Positions 9,942 to 18,426 of a stretch of 64,000 nt of DNA are shown one piece after another. Each line of letters opens with the position of its first letter. Positions within the stretch are counted from its first letter, which is position 1. The DNA lies in the NCBI GenBank assembly GCA_034189385.1, contig JAXHVD010000009.1, positions 30,821 to 94,820 on the forward strand. Reading direction: 5' to 3'. Made by a program: the position numbers and the translations under genes. This DNA comes from Thermodesulfobacteriota bacterium. Its GTDB lineage: Bacteria; Desulfobacterota; Desulfobacteria; Desulfobacterales; C00003060. Below the pieces are notes generated by a model. It saw only the letters and a list, made by a program, of their open reading frames with translations. It ran no database searches and was not told the origin of the DNA.

Positions 9942-12404
9942 ATGTTTATCAGAGAATATGGCAAGACAGCCATCATATGGAAAGATGAAGAGATAAGCTA
10001 TAAGGAACTTTTGGAAAATGTTGACCACTTTCACCGGGCATTTCGTGAAAAGAATTGCAGGAAGGTTGCAGTCTTTTCTGAAAACCGGGCAGAGTGGGCA
10101 TATGCCTTCTATGCCGCGTGGAAGGCCGGAGGTATTGTTGTTCCCATTGATTATATGAGTACTGCCGAGGATGCGAGATATATCCTTGAAGACTCCAGGC
10201 CTGAACTGGTCTTTTGCTCTTCAGAAACCCGCGCCGTACTTGAAAGGGCCGTTGAGGGGTTGTCGTACAGTGTGGAGGTGCTTGTTTTCGAGGAGATGGA
10301 GTCCCCTGCAGGAGATGCTGATCTCTCCTTCCCTGAGCATGACCCGGCAGACACGGCGGTTATCATCTACACATCCGGGACCACCGGCAGTCCCAAGGGG
10401 GTGATGCTCTCCTACGACAACCTGTTGGCAAACATAGAATCGGTAACAGAGGAGGTCAAGGTATACGGTGAGCCCGACAGGGTCTTGGTGTTTCTTCCGC
10501 TTCATCATATCTTTCCCTTGCTTGGTTCCATGGTTGCACCTCTTTACGTGGGTGGAACTGCCGTGTTTTCCCCTTCCATGTCCTCTGAAGACCTGATGCA
10601 TACAGTCAAGAACCACGGAATCACAATCATCATTGGGGTTCCCAGGTTCTACAGCCTCATCAGGAAGGGCATAATGGACAAGGTAAATTCCAGTTTCCTT
10701 GCAAAAACCTTTTATGCATATGCACGCATTATAGGCTCACGGCGCCTTTCACGGCTTATCTTTAAAAAGGTGCATAAGAGTTTTGGCGGAAAGATCCGGT
10801 ACCTGGTGAGTGGCGGGGCAAAGCTCGATGAGGATGTGGCCTATAACCTGAAGGTATTGGGATTTGAAGTACTCGAGGGCTTTGGCATGACTGAAGCAGC
10901 TCCCATGATCACCTTCACCAGGCCCGGAGAGGTGCTCGTGGGGTCTGCAGGGAGGCCCATGTCCTGTAATGAGGTGAAGACCGTTGAAGGTGAGATAGTT
11001 GCAAGGGGTCGTAACATTATGCAGGGCTACTATAACAAGCCCGAAGAGACTGCTGAGATCATCAGGGATGGCTGGCTCCACACCGGGGACCTCGGATATC
11101 TGGATGAAAAGGGCTTTATCCATATCACAGGGAGGAAGAAGGATACTATTGTCCTTCCGAGCGGGAAGAACGTCAACCCTGTGGAGCTGGAACACCAGAT
11201 GGAAGCCATGTCAGAATACATTGCAGAGATTGCAGTGTTTCTTAACGATAATGTGCTGCAAGCTGCCCTGTACCCTGATTTCAGGAAGGTTCGTGAAAAG
11301 GGGATACAGAACCTTGAAGAGGTTATAAGGGCCGATGTGATAGGACCTTTTAACAGATCCGTTGCACCATATAAGAGGGTCATGAAGCTCCACATACTTC
11401 AAGAGGAGCTTCCCAAGACAAGACTCGGCAAGATCAAGCGCTTTATGCTCCCGGCATTTGCCCAGGCACCGGTCGAGAAGAGACGGAAGGAGAAGGAACC
11501 TGAAACACAGGAATACAATGCAATCAAGGAATTCCTGATGTCCCAGACCCAAAGAGACATATTCCCCGGAGATCACTTCGAATTTGACCTTGGCCTTGAT
11601 TCCCTTGACAGGGTGAGCTTTCAGACATTTCTTTACTCCACCTTCGGTATTGAAGTGGAAGAAGATATTTTTCTGGCTCACCCGACCGTTGGAAAGCTTT
11701 CAGCCTACATAAAGGACAAGAAGAAAAAGATAAGTATTACCGCTGTAAAGTGGGCTGAGATATTCAGGGAGAAGGCGGATATCAAACTCCCTGGAAGCTG
11801 GTTTGCCCATAATCCCATGAAGAATATGTTGAAGATCCTGCTGGGCCTCTACTTCAAGCTAAAAGGGGATGGGGTGGAAAACCTGCCGTCTTCTCCGTTT
11901 ATACTGGCTCCGAACCACCAGAGCTTTTTGGACGGGTTGTTTGTTCTCTCATTCCTGAAGAAAAGGTTGAACAAGAACACCTATTTCTACGCAAAGGAAA
12001 AGCACGTGAAAAGCTGGTGGCTGAAATTTCTTGCCTCAAGAAGTAATGTTATCGTGATGGATATCAATAAGGAACTGAAGCTCTCACTGCAGAAGCTTGC
12101 AGCGGTGCTTAAAAGGGGTAACAATATAATAATCTTTCCAGAAGGCACAAGGTCAAGGGATGGCAAGGTGGGACGCTTTAAAAGGACATTTGCCATACTC
12201 TCAAAGGAACTGAACGTGCCTGTGGTGTCGGTGGCGATTAAGGGCGCCTTTGAGGCACTGCCGACAGGAAGCACCATACCCATGCCTTTCAAAGAGATTG
12301 AGGTGAAGTTCCTGGAGGCCGTATATCCGGAAGGCCATACCTATGATTCACTCAATGAGCTGGTGAATAAAAGGGTGGCTGATGAAGTGGGTGGGGGACG
12401 GTGA
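9942..12404 (+). CDS. Long-chain acyl ligase-carrier protein-acyltransferase fusion (AMP-binding + ACP + PlsC)
   Basis: YTSGTTGSPKG, GFGMTE, LHTGDLG; LGLDSL phosphopantetheine site; NHQSFLD (HX4D) and FPEGTRS. Confidence 0.93.
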   Translation: MFIREYGKTAIIWKDEEISYKELLENVDHFHRAFREKNCRKVAVFSENRAEWAYAFYAAWKAGGIVVPIDYMSTAEDARYILEDSRPELVFCSSETRAVLERAVEGLSYSVEVLVFEEMESPAGDADLSFPEHDPADTAVIIYTSGTTGSPKGVMLSYDNLLANIESVTEEVKVYGEPDRVLVFLPLHHIFPLLGSMVAPLYVGGTAVFSPSMSSEDLMHTVKNHGITIIIGVPRFYSLIRKGIMDKVNSSFLAKTFYAYARIIGSRRLSRLIFKKVHKSFGGKIRYLVSGGAKLDEDVAYNLKVLGFEVLEGFGMTEAAPMITFTRPGEVLVGSAGRPMSCNEVKTVEGEIVARGRNIMQGYYNKPEETAEIIRDGWLHTGDLGYLDEKGFIHITGRKKDTIVLPSGKNVNPVELEHQMEAMSEYIAEIAVFLNDNVLQAALYPDFRKVREKGIQNLEEVIRADVIGPFNRSVAPYKRVMKLHILQEELPKTRLGKIKRFMLPAFAQAPVEKRRKEKEPETQEYNAIKEFLMSQTQRDIFPGDHFEFDLGLDSLDRVSFQTFLYSTFGIEVEEDIFLAHPTVGKLSAYIKDKKKKISITAVKWAEIFREKADIKLPGSWFAHNPMKNMLKILLGLYFKLKGDGVENLPSSPFILAPNHQSFLDGLFVLSFLKKRLNKNTYFYAKEKHVKSWWLKFLASRSNVIVMDINKELKLSLQKLAAVLKRGNNIIIFPEGTRSRDGKVGRFKRTFAILSKELNVPVVSVAIKGAFEALPTGSTIPMPFKEIEVKFLEAVYPEGHTYDSLNELVNKRVADEVGGGR

Positions 12405-12824
12405 GTGGAGAACAAATAAACAGGCATACCGCAAGAACCTTGACGTAAGGCCCATATGTTGTGTCTGGTCACTGACCCTCTAGATCATAGATTCCTTGCC
12501 AAGTTCCTGCATATTTCAAGCCGAGAATCTTTCAAAGTAACTTCATATGATTTTGGATATCTGGAGCCCCCGACTCTCAGATTTTCCAACAAAACAAGCC
12601 GAGTATAGATTTCCTGCCAAGATCACACCGAAATCGGTCCGTTAAAACTCAAAGATAATCGACGACTGTCTTAATTCTGGTCAGAATGCATGCAGATAAC
12701 CTACCAGGATCATATTAAAACAACCACTGGATTTTCTAACAGATTCTTCAATACCTGAAATTTTCGGCCATTCAAATAGTTATTTGTGATGGTGGATGCA
12801 CAACGTGTTCACCAACGGACTGAC

Positions 12825-12855
12825 AAAAAAGGGCAGGCCCTGAAGACCTGCCCTT
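12825..12855 (-). terminator. Rho-independent terminator
   Basis: AAGGGCAGG...CCTGCCC followed by a T6 tract on the minus strand. Confidence 0.75.
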
Positions 12856-13010
12856 GATGTTTGACCATTGAATACCTGATTATTTCGTAAACCTCCTCCT
12901 TAACCCAACAAGCCCCACCAGGGGCAAAAGCCGAGAAGCCAGACAAGCCCCTAGTTTTCCGAAAAGCTGTCTCAGTGCATTGGAAGAAGAACGGGCCCGT
13001 GCGCGAGATC

Positions 13011-13544
13011 CTACTGCCCTGTGTCGCCCCAACCCTCGGGGCTATACCACGTATCACCGCCAGATGCCCCTGGTGACCAAAGCCAATCCTGTTCCATCCA
13101 GGCGTCTAGCCCCCCGTTGCCTTGGTCTTCCGGCGGAGCTTGCCAGCCCACCGCTTCTTCTGAGAAGAAAGGTAAAGAGAGATCCCCCTTGTCTTCCCCT
13201 TCAGTGTCAGAAGTCCCGTCCTCGGCAAGACCTGTATATGGTGAAGGATCAAAGTCTTCTGAAAAGAACCTGTCAACCAATGCTTGCACGTTAGAATGGG
13301 GCCATCCAACATAAGCAGGAACGCCGTCGTCGAGAAATCGTTCCAGGCCTTGGCCGTGCATCCTTTCCTGGAAGAATGAAGGGATAACCCCGCCTCCTTC
13401 CTTGGCTTGTGCGAAAATTCGATCAAAGGCGGGAGCCGTGGCAGGATTGCCATCTGGGCCAAAAAAGCCTTCCGTGTCCGCAGCAACCACCGTTAGAGAC
13501 CATGACAGGAAGACCCCGACAAATATAACCAAGAACTTTTGCAT
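13011..13544 (-). CDS. Secreted acidic low-complexity protein, probably a decaying PEP-CTERM/VPLPA-CTERM gene
   Basis: AAGGAG RBS, signal peptide MQKFLVIFVGVFLSWSLTVVAA, D/E/G-rich body; detached, frameshifted sorting tail at 12880-12945. Confidence 0.6.
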   Translation of the reverse strand: MQKFLVIFVGVFLSWSLTVVAADTEGFFGPDGNPATAPAFDRIFAQAKEGGGVIPSFFQERMHGQGLERFLDDGVPAYVGWPHSNVQALVDRFFSEDFDPSPYTGLAEDGTSDTEGEDKGDLSLPFFSEEAVGWQAPPEDQGNGGLDAWMEQDWLWSPGASGGDTWYSPEGWGDTGQ

Positions 13545-13600
13545 CTTTCTACTCCTTTCCAAGGGGACACCTTCCCACTGCGAGGTGCCACCCCATCCGC

Positions 13601-13616
13601 GCGGATTGCTTGCCAA
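13601..13616 (-). promoter_or_regulatory. Possible sigma-54 promoter
   Basis: TTGGCAAGCAATCCGC gives GG-N10-GC about 57 nt upstream of the ATG at 13544; the -12 TT is not conserved. Confidence 0.4.
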
Positions 13617-13887
13617 GAGAGACCCCTTGCATCAGCGGTCCCCCACCCCAGATTTGTCGAGAATACCATAAAACTAGGGCCATTCAAATAGGTGCTTATG
13701 ATAGATCGTCACTCTGTTCTCTGCCGTGCCGGCGGTGAATAGAATAACCAATTTGACTTTCACCGAAACTATAACGGCAGGCGTGATCTACACCAGGGTG
13801 TCACGACTTGTTTTACTGTGTAAACCACGGGGTTGGCACTGGGGGGTGGAGGCTCATCTGTGATGGCATCTGCTGGGCCGTGAACCT

Positions 13888-14382
13888 TTAGCCCTGCCTT
13901 TTGCCTAACACATAGGCCATGAGGCCACCGGCCTCGATGAGTCCTTGCATGAAGGGAGGGATGGGGTTGGCAGAAAAGCGCTTGCCGTTGGTGTGGTCTA
14001 TGATCTCGCCCGTGTCCTGGTTGACCGATATGCGATCACCAGGGTCAATCCCACCGGACACCCCTGGTGCCTCAAAGATGGGAAGACCCATGTTGAAGGC
14101 ATTTCTAAAAAAGATCCGTGCAAAGCTCTCTGCCACTACGCATGAGATGCCTGCCCCTTTGATGGCCATGGGGGCATGCTCCCTGGAGGAGCCGCAGCCA
14201 AAATTCTTCCCGGCCACGATGATATCTCCTGTCTGGATCTTTTCAGAGAAGGTGGGATCTACAGGTTCCATGCAGTGTTTGCCCAGCTCTTGGCCGTCCG
14301 TAGTAACCAGATAGGGGGCAGGGATGATCACATCGGTGTCTATATTGTCGCCGAACTTCCAGACTGTGGCTTCTATTTTCAT
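13888..14382 (-). CDS. leuD: 3-isopropylmalate dehydratase small subunit
   Basis: GDNIDTDVIIP, NFGCGSSREHA, SFARIFFRNAFNMGLP; start at MKIEAT. Confidence 0.93.
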   Translation of the reverse strand: MKIEATVWKFGDNIDTDVIIPAPYLVTTDGQELGKHCMEPVDPTFSEKIQTGDIIVAGKNFGCGSSREHAPMAIKGAGISCVVAESFARIFFRNAFNMGLPIFEAPGVSGGIDPGDRISVNQDTGEIIDHTNGKRFSANPIPPFMQGLIEAGGLMAYVLGKRQG

Positions 14383-14439
14383 ACTCTCATCCCTATCTGA
14401 AGGCAATGAACGACCCCATAGTGAGCTACGGGTCATCAT

Positions 14440-14502
14440 GTCATGCCGGACCTGATCCGGCATCCAGTCGATTTCCTAGATTCCGGCGTGCGCCGGAATG
14501 AC
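14440..14502. repeat. REP-like double palindrome
   Basis: GTCATGCCGGACCTGATCCGGCATCCAG...TAGATTCCGGCGTGCGCCGGAATGAC between leuC and leuD; related halves at 17355-17645 and 43671-43696. Confidence 0.7.
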
Positions 14503-14581
14503 GGCCTCTCGGCAAGCCCCGACAAATAAACACTGGGGGATTGAGGGGGCGCTTGAGGTCACAGAGGCCTCTAAGATATAG

Positions 14582-15841
14582 CTACAACTCTTCCGGGCTG
14601 CCTATTCGGCCCAGCACGGCCGAGGCTGCCGCCACGGCCGGGTTGGCAAGATAGACCTCGCTGGTAGAATGCCCCATCCGGCCCAAGAAGTTGCGGTTGG
14701 TCGTGGAAATGGCCCGTTCTCCAGGGCCCAGTATACCCATAAAGCCCCCCAGGCAAGGCCCGCATGTGGGCGGACTCACAATACCCTTGGCATCTAAAAA
14801 GGTCTCAAAGAGGCCCTCATCCATAGCCTGCCGGTAGATCGTCGGCGTACCCGGTATGATAATGAGGCGCATATTCTTGTCGACACGATGTCCCTTTAAG
14901 ACCTGGGCCGCCAGGCGTAGATCCTCAATGCGGCCGTTGGTGCAAGATCCAATGACCGCCTGATCAATGGGCACGGTCCCCGCTTCAGACACAGGGCGTG
15001 TGTTTTCCGGAAGATGGGGAAAGGCCACCTGGGGCTCAATCTTGGAGACATCAAAGGACCTTTCTTCCACGTAAAGGGCATCAGGGTCGCTCTTGTAGGC
15101 AGAAAAAGACCTCTTCGCCCGGGAGCTCACATAGTCGAGCGTTACCTGATCGGGTGAGATAATGCCATTCTTGGCCCCGGCCTCAATGGCCATGTTTGCC
15201 ATGGTCATGCGGTCGGACATGGGAAGGGCTTCAATGACAGGACCCACAAACTCCATGGCCTTGTACGTGGCCCCATCCACCCCTATGTCTCCAATGGTGT
15301 AAAGGATCAGGTCCTTTCCTGTAACCCACTTTTGAAGCTGCCCCTCATAGTGGAGCTTCATCGATTCGGGAACCTTAAACCATACTTCCCCTGAAATCAT
15401 GGCTGCTGCGATATCCGTGCTTCCCACGCCTGTGGCAAAGGCACCCAGGGCGCCGTAGGTACAGGTATGACTGTCAGCTCCAATGACCACCTCTCCTGGC
15501 AGCACCAGGCCCTGTTCGGGCAGCAGCACATGCTCAATGCCCATGTCCCCCAGTTCAAAGAAATGCTTGATGCCGTATTTCTTGGCAAACCTTCGCATCA
15601 CCTGCACCTGCTTGGCCGAGTTCACATCCTTGTTAGGAACAAAGTGATCTGGAACCAAGGCGATCTTCTCGGCGTCGAAGACCGATGCCGTCTCAGACTG
15701 CTCAAAGAGTTCAATAGCAATGGGTGCCGTGATGTCGTTAGCCAAGGCCAAATCGATCTGGGCAGAAAGAAGCTCCCCTGGGTGGACCTTTTCTTGCCCG
15801 GCGTGGGCAGCCAGGATTTTTTCCGTAATGGTTTGGGACAC
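14582..15841 (-). CDS. leuC: 3-isopropylmalate dehydratase large subunit
   Basis: DSHTCTYG, IGSCTNGR, CGPCLG, STTNRNF; GTG start immediately after the pssA stop. Confidence 0.94.
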   Translation of the reverse strand: MSQTITEKILAAHAGQEKVHPGELLSAQIDLALANDITAPIAIELFEQSETASVFDAEKIALVPDHFVPNKDVNSAKQVQVMRRFAKKYGIKHFFELGDMGIEHVLLPEQGLVLPGEVVIGADSHTCTYGALGAFATGVGSTDIAAAMISGEVWFKVPESMKLHYEGQLQKWVTGKDLILYTIGDIGVDGATYKAMEFVGPVIEALPMSDRMTMANMAIEAGAKNGIISPDQVTLDYVSSRAKRSFSAYKSDPDALYVEERSFDVSKIEPQVAFPHLPENTRPVSEAGTVPIDQAVIGSCTNGRIEDLRLAAQVLKGHRVDKNMRLIIIPGTPTIYRQAMDEGLFETFLDAKGIVSPPTCGPCLGGFMGILGPGERAISTTNRNFLGRMGHSTSEVYLANPAVAAASAVLGRIGSPEEL

Positions 15842-15843
15842 GT

Positions 15844-16635
15844 CTATAAGGACTCCTGTGATGGAATGTCTACGCTGTCTTTGGCACTGCCCTGTTCGCC
15901 CTTTCCAAAGGTTCTCCTCTTCCACAGGGCTTGAACAGGGCCAGAGAGAACATAGCAGAGCATGATGACAAAAAAGGTGACAGTGGGCTCTGCAGCAACA
16001 ACGATGGCAAAGAGGATCACGCCCACTAGCATGTTAAACTTCATCTTCTTGAAAAGGCCTGCCTGCTTGAAACTGAAATACTTGATGGTGCTCACCATCA
16101 AAAAGGACAGGACGTAGATCATGACAAGGATGGTGACCTGTTTTGTGGCCCCGCTTCCTCCTAAGCGCTGCTGAAGCAGAACCGTTGAAGCAATCATAAA
16201 GGCCGCCGCGGGAATGGGCAGACCGTTAAAGTGGTCAGAGTGTACCTGGCCGGCCTGCGTGTTAAACCGGGCCAGTCGAAGGGTCCCACAGGCCACGTAG
16301 AGCAGCGCCGCCAGCCACCCCAGTCGACCAAAGGGTTGAAGGGCCCACAGATAGACCAGCAGTCCAGGGGCCACCCCAAAGGAGATGCAGTCGCACAAGG
16401 AATCATACTCAAGACCAAATTTGCTCACTGCATGGGTGACGCGGGCGATCTTTCCGTCCAGCCAGTCAAAGACGGCCGCCACCATAATAGCAACAGCCCC
16501 TTTTACGAAATGGCTCTGGACGACGGCGATGATGGCATAGAAGCCGCAGAAGAGATTGGCAGAAGTGAGGAGGTTAGGAAGGACATAGATACCCCGCTGG
16601 GAGCGTCTCTTTTTGGACCGCTTTGTTTTCTTCAT
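15844..16635 (-). CDS. pssA: CDP-diacylglycerol--serine O-phosphatidyltransferase
   Basis: LPNLLT, DWLDGKIAR...FG...DSLCD CDP-alcohol motif, LRLARFN, FNGLPIP. Confidence 0.95.
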   Translation of the reverse strand: MKKTKRSKKRRSQRGIYVLPNLLTSANLFCGFYAIIAVVQSHFVKGAVAIMVAAVFDWLDGKIARVTHAVSKFGLEYDSLCDCISFGVAPGLLVYLWALQPFGRLGWLAALLYVACGTLRLARFNTQAGQVHSDHFNGLPIPAAAFMIASTVLLQQRLGGSGATKQVTILVMIYVLSFLMVSTIKYFSFKQAGLFKKMKFNMLVGVILFAIVVAAEPTVTFFVIMLCYVLSGPVQALWKRRTFGKGEQGSAKDSVDIPSQESL

Positions 16636-17303
16636 GTCACATGCCCAAGGACCGATACGCCGGCTAAGACCTTGTCCCCCACAGACACGGCAGGCTTTGT
16701 GTCGGAAGGAAGATAGACATCCAAGCGAGACCCAAAACAGATCATGCCAAAGCGCTCACCACGCTTCAACCGGTCCCCGTCCTGTACCTTGCATACGATG
16801 CGTCTTGCAACCAACCCTGCCACCTGCACCACCGTGAGGCTTTGTCCGCCCGCCATCTCCAAGGTGACCGCATTTCGCTCATTGTCCCTGGAGGCCTTGT
16901 CCAGGTTTGCTGAGAAGAATTTGCCAGGACGATAGGAAATCTCCGTAACCCTGCCATCAGCAGGGATCCTGTTCACGTGGACATTAAATACAGACATGAA
17001 CACACTGATCTTGAGGGCTTCATCAGAAGCGAACTCGCCGCCATGGACCACCCCTACCTCCACCACCTTGCCGTCGGCAGGAGAAACCACCATCCCTGCT
17101 TGCTCAGGGGTTTCCCGTTCAGGGTCTCTGAAGAAAAAACCCAGAAAAACTGTGACGGCCCCAAAGAACAGGGCCATGACGCCAAATCCCAGGGCGCCGA
17201 GATAGACTGTGACAAAGGCCGATACGGCAATGGGCAAAAAGCCCTCGGAAGCAATGGGGATGGCCCTCTCCTTCGTGGACCTTGGATTTCTACTGGAAGT
17301 CAT
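16632..17303 (-). CDS. psd: Phosphatidylserine decarboxylase proenzyme
   Basis: FFFRDPER, SPADGKV, FMSVFNVHVNR, FGSR autocleavage site. Confidence 0.95.
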   Translation of the reverse strand: MTSSRNPRSTKERAIPIASEGFLPIAVSAFVTVYLGALGFGVMALFFGAVTVFLGFFFRDPERETPEQAGMVVSPADGKVVEVGVVHGGEFASDEALKISVFMSVFNVHVNRIPADGRVTEISYRPGKFFSANLDKASRDNERNAVTLEMAGGQSLTVVQVAGLVARRIVCKVQDGDRLKRGERFGMICFGSRLDVYLPSDTKPAVSVGDKVLAGVSVLGHVT

Positions 17304-17336
17304 GTGTCACCTCGGTTCTCTTGCGAAGACATGAAA

Positions 17337-17680
17337 ATGGACTCGTAAAAAGTCGTCACCCCGGTGAAAACCGGGGTCCAGCAGCATTCTAAATAGGTTG
17401 GTAACGTTCAAAAGTTGCGGCAAAGGCCCTCAGCAGGCAGTCAGAGAGATAGGGATGATCGCTGAACGCAGGCATGCAGCCATTGCCATCTACACAAATG
17501 GCATAGGCTACCTAAAGGCATTGGATGCCGACGAGAAGCGATTATCCCTATCTCGATAGTTGGTTGTCCAGAAATCCACCAAGTCAATGCTTTTGAACAT
17601 TACCAATAGTTTAAATGGCTAGCTTCCGGCTTCCGCCTGAATGACAGAAAGAGGTCTTTTTCAACTTTTTACGGAACCGT
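17337..17680. mobile_element. Nested non-coding elements: CGTAAAAAGT-ended element containing a REP-like palindrome interrupted by a 209-bp MITE (17398-17606)
   Basis: Outer IR CGTAAAAAGT/ACTTTTTACG; REP halves at 17355-17381 and 17620-17645; inner 17-bp TIR TTGGTAACGTTCAAAAG/CTTTTGAACATTACCAA. Confidence 0.75.
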
Positions 17681-17718
17681 CACTAAAAGAACGCATTATA
17701 CCTTGAAGCAAATCGTTG

Positions 17719-18417
17719 TCAACCAAGCTTGCCCTGGGCCAGCTTTATTTCAGCGTCTGACTTGCGTATGTAATAAGGAACCAACGCGCTCGCGTCAGCC
17801 GTCTCACCCCTTTTGATCTGCTCAATCCCTAAAGCCCCTACCGCCGAGGCCCGCGGTGCATGAAGAAAGAAAGGGGCAAACCTGGCCCGGTGGCCTACGA
17901 TCTCTTCAATCGTCTCCCTGTAAGCCACCGCACCATCGCCCACAAAAAGACAGATCTCTTGAATCCCCGCCAGCCATTCCTCAGGGTGAACGGCACAGTC
18001 GGAGGAGACCTTTTTTAGGGTCTCTGGGGTCCCACACCGGTATAGGGCCGTGTAAACCTCGCCCTTTCGGGCATCCAACAGGGGACAGACGAGACCAGGA
18101 AACCACGGAAAGGGGTGCGCCAGGGCGTCCAGGGTGGAAATCCCTGTTACGGGCTTGCCTGTGGCAAAGGCAAACCCTTTGACAGCGCTTATCCCGATGC
18201 GCAGCCCAGTGAAGCTGCCCGGGCCGATGGTAACGGCAAAGGCGTCCAATGCCTCCAGGCCAAGGCCTGCCAGGCCAAGGGTGGCGTCAATGACCGTCAT
18301 GAGACGTTTTGCGTGGGTTTCGGAGCTGCTCACCTGGAGTTCTGCCACCATGGTGTCGTCGTCCAAGAGAGCCACGCTGCCAGCCCGCGTGGATGTGTCT
18401 ATAGCAAGAATCTTCAC
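17719..18417 (-). CDS. tsaB: tRNA t6A biosynthesis protein TsaB
   Basis: MKILAIDTST, GPGSFTGLRIG, DARKGEVY, PYYIRKSDAE. Confidence 0.95.
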   Translation of the reverse strand: MKILAIDTSTRAGSVALLDDDTMVAELQVSSSETHAKRLMTVIDATLGLAGLGLEALDAFAVTIGPGSFTGLRIGISAVKGFAFATGKPVTGISTLDALAHPFPWFPGLVCPLLDARKGEVYTALYRCGTPETLKKVSSDCAVHPEEWLAGIQEICLFVGDGAVAYRETIEEIVGHRARFAPFFLHAPRASAVGALGIEQIKRGETADASALVPYYIRKSDAEIKLAQGKLG

Positions 18418-18426
18418 CGTGCCCTT

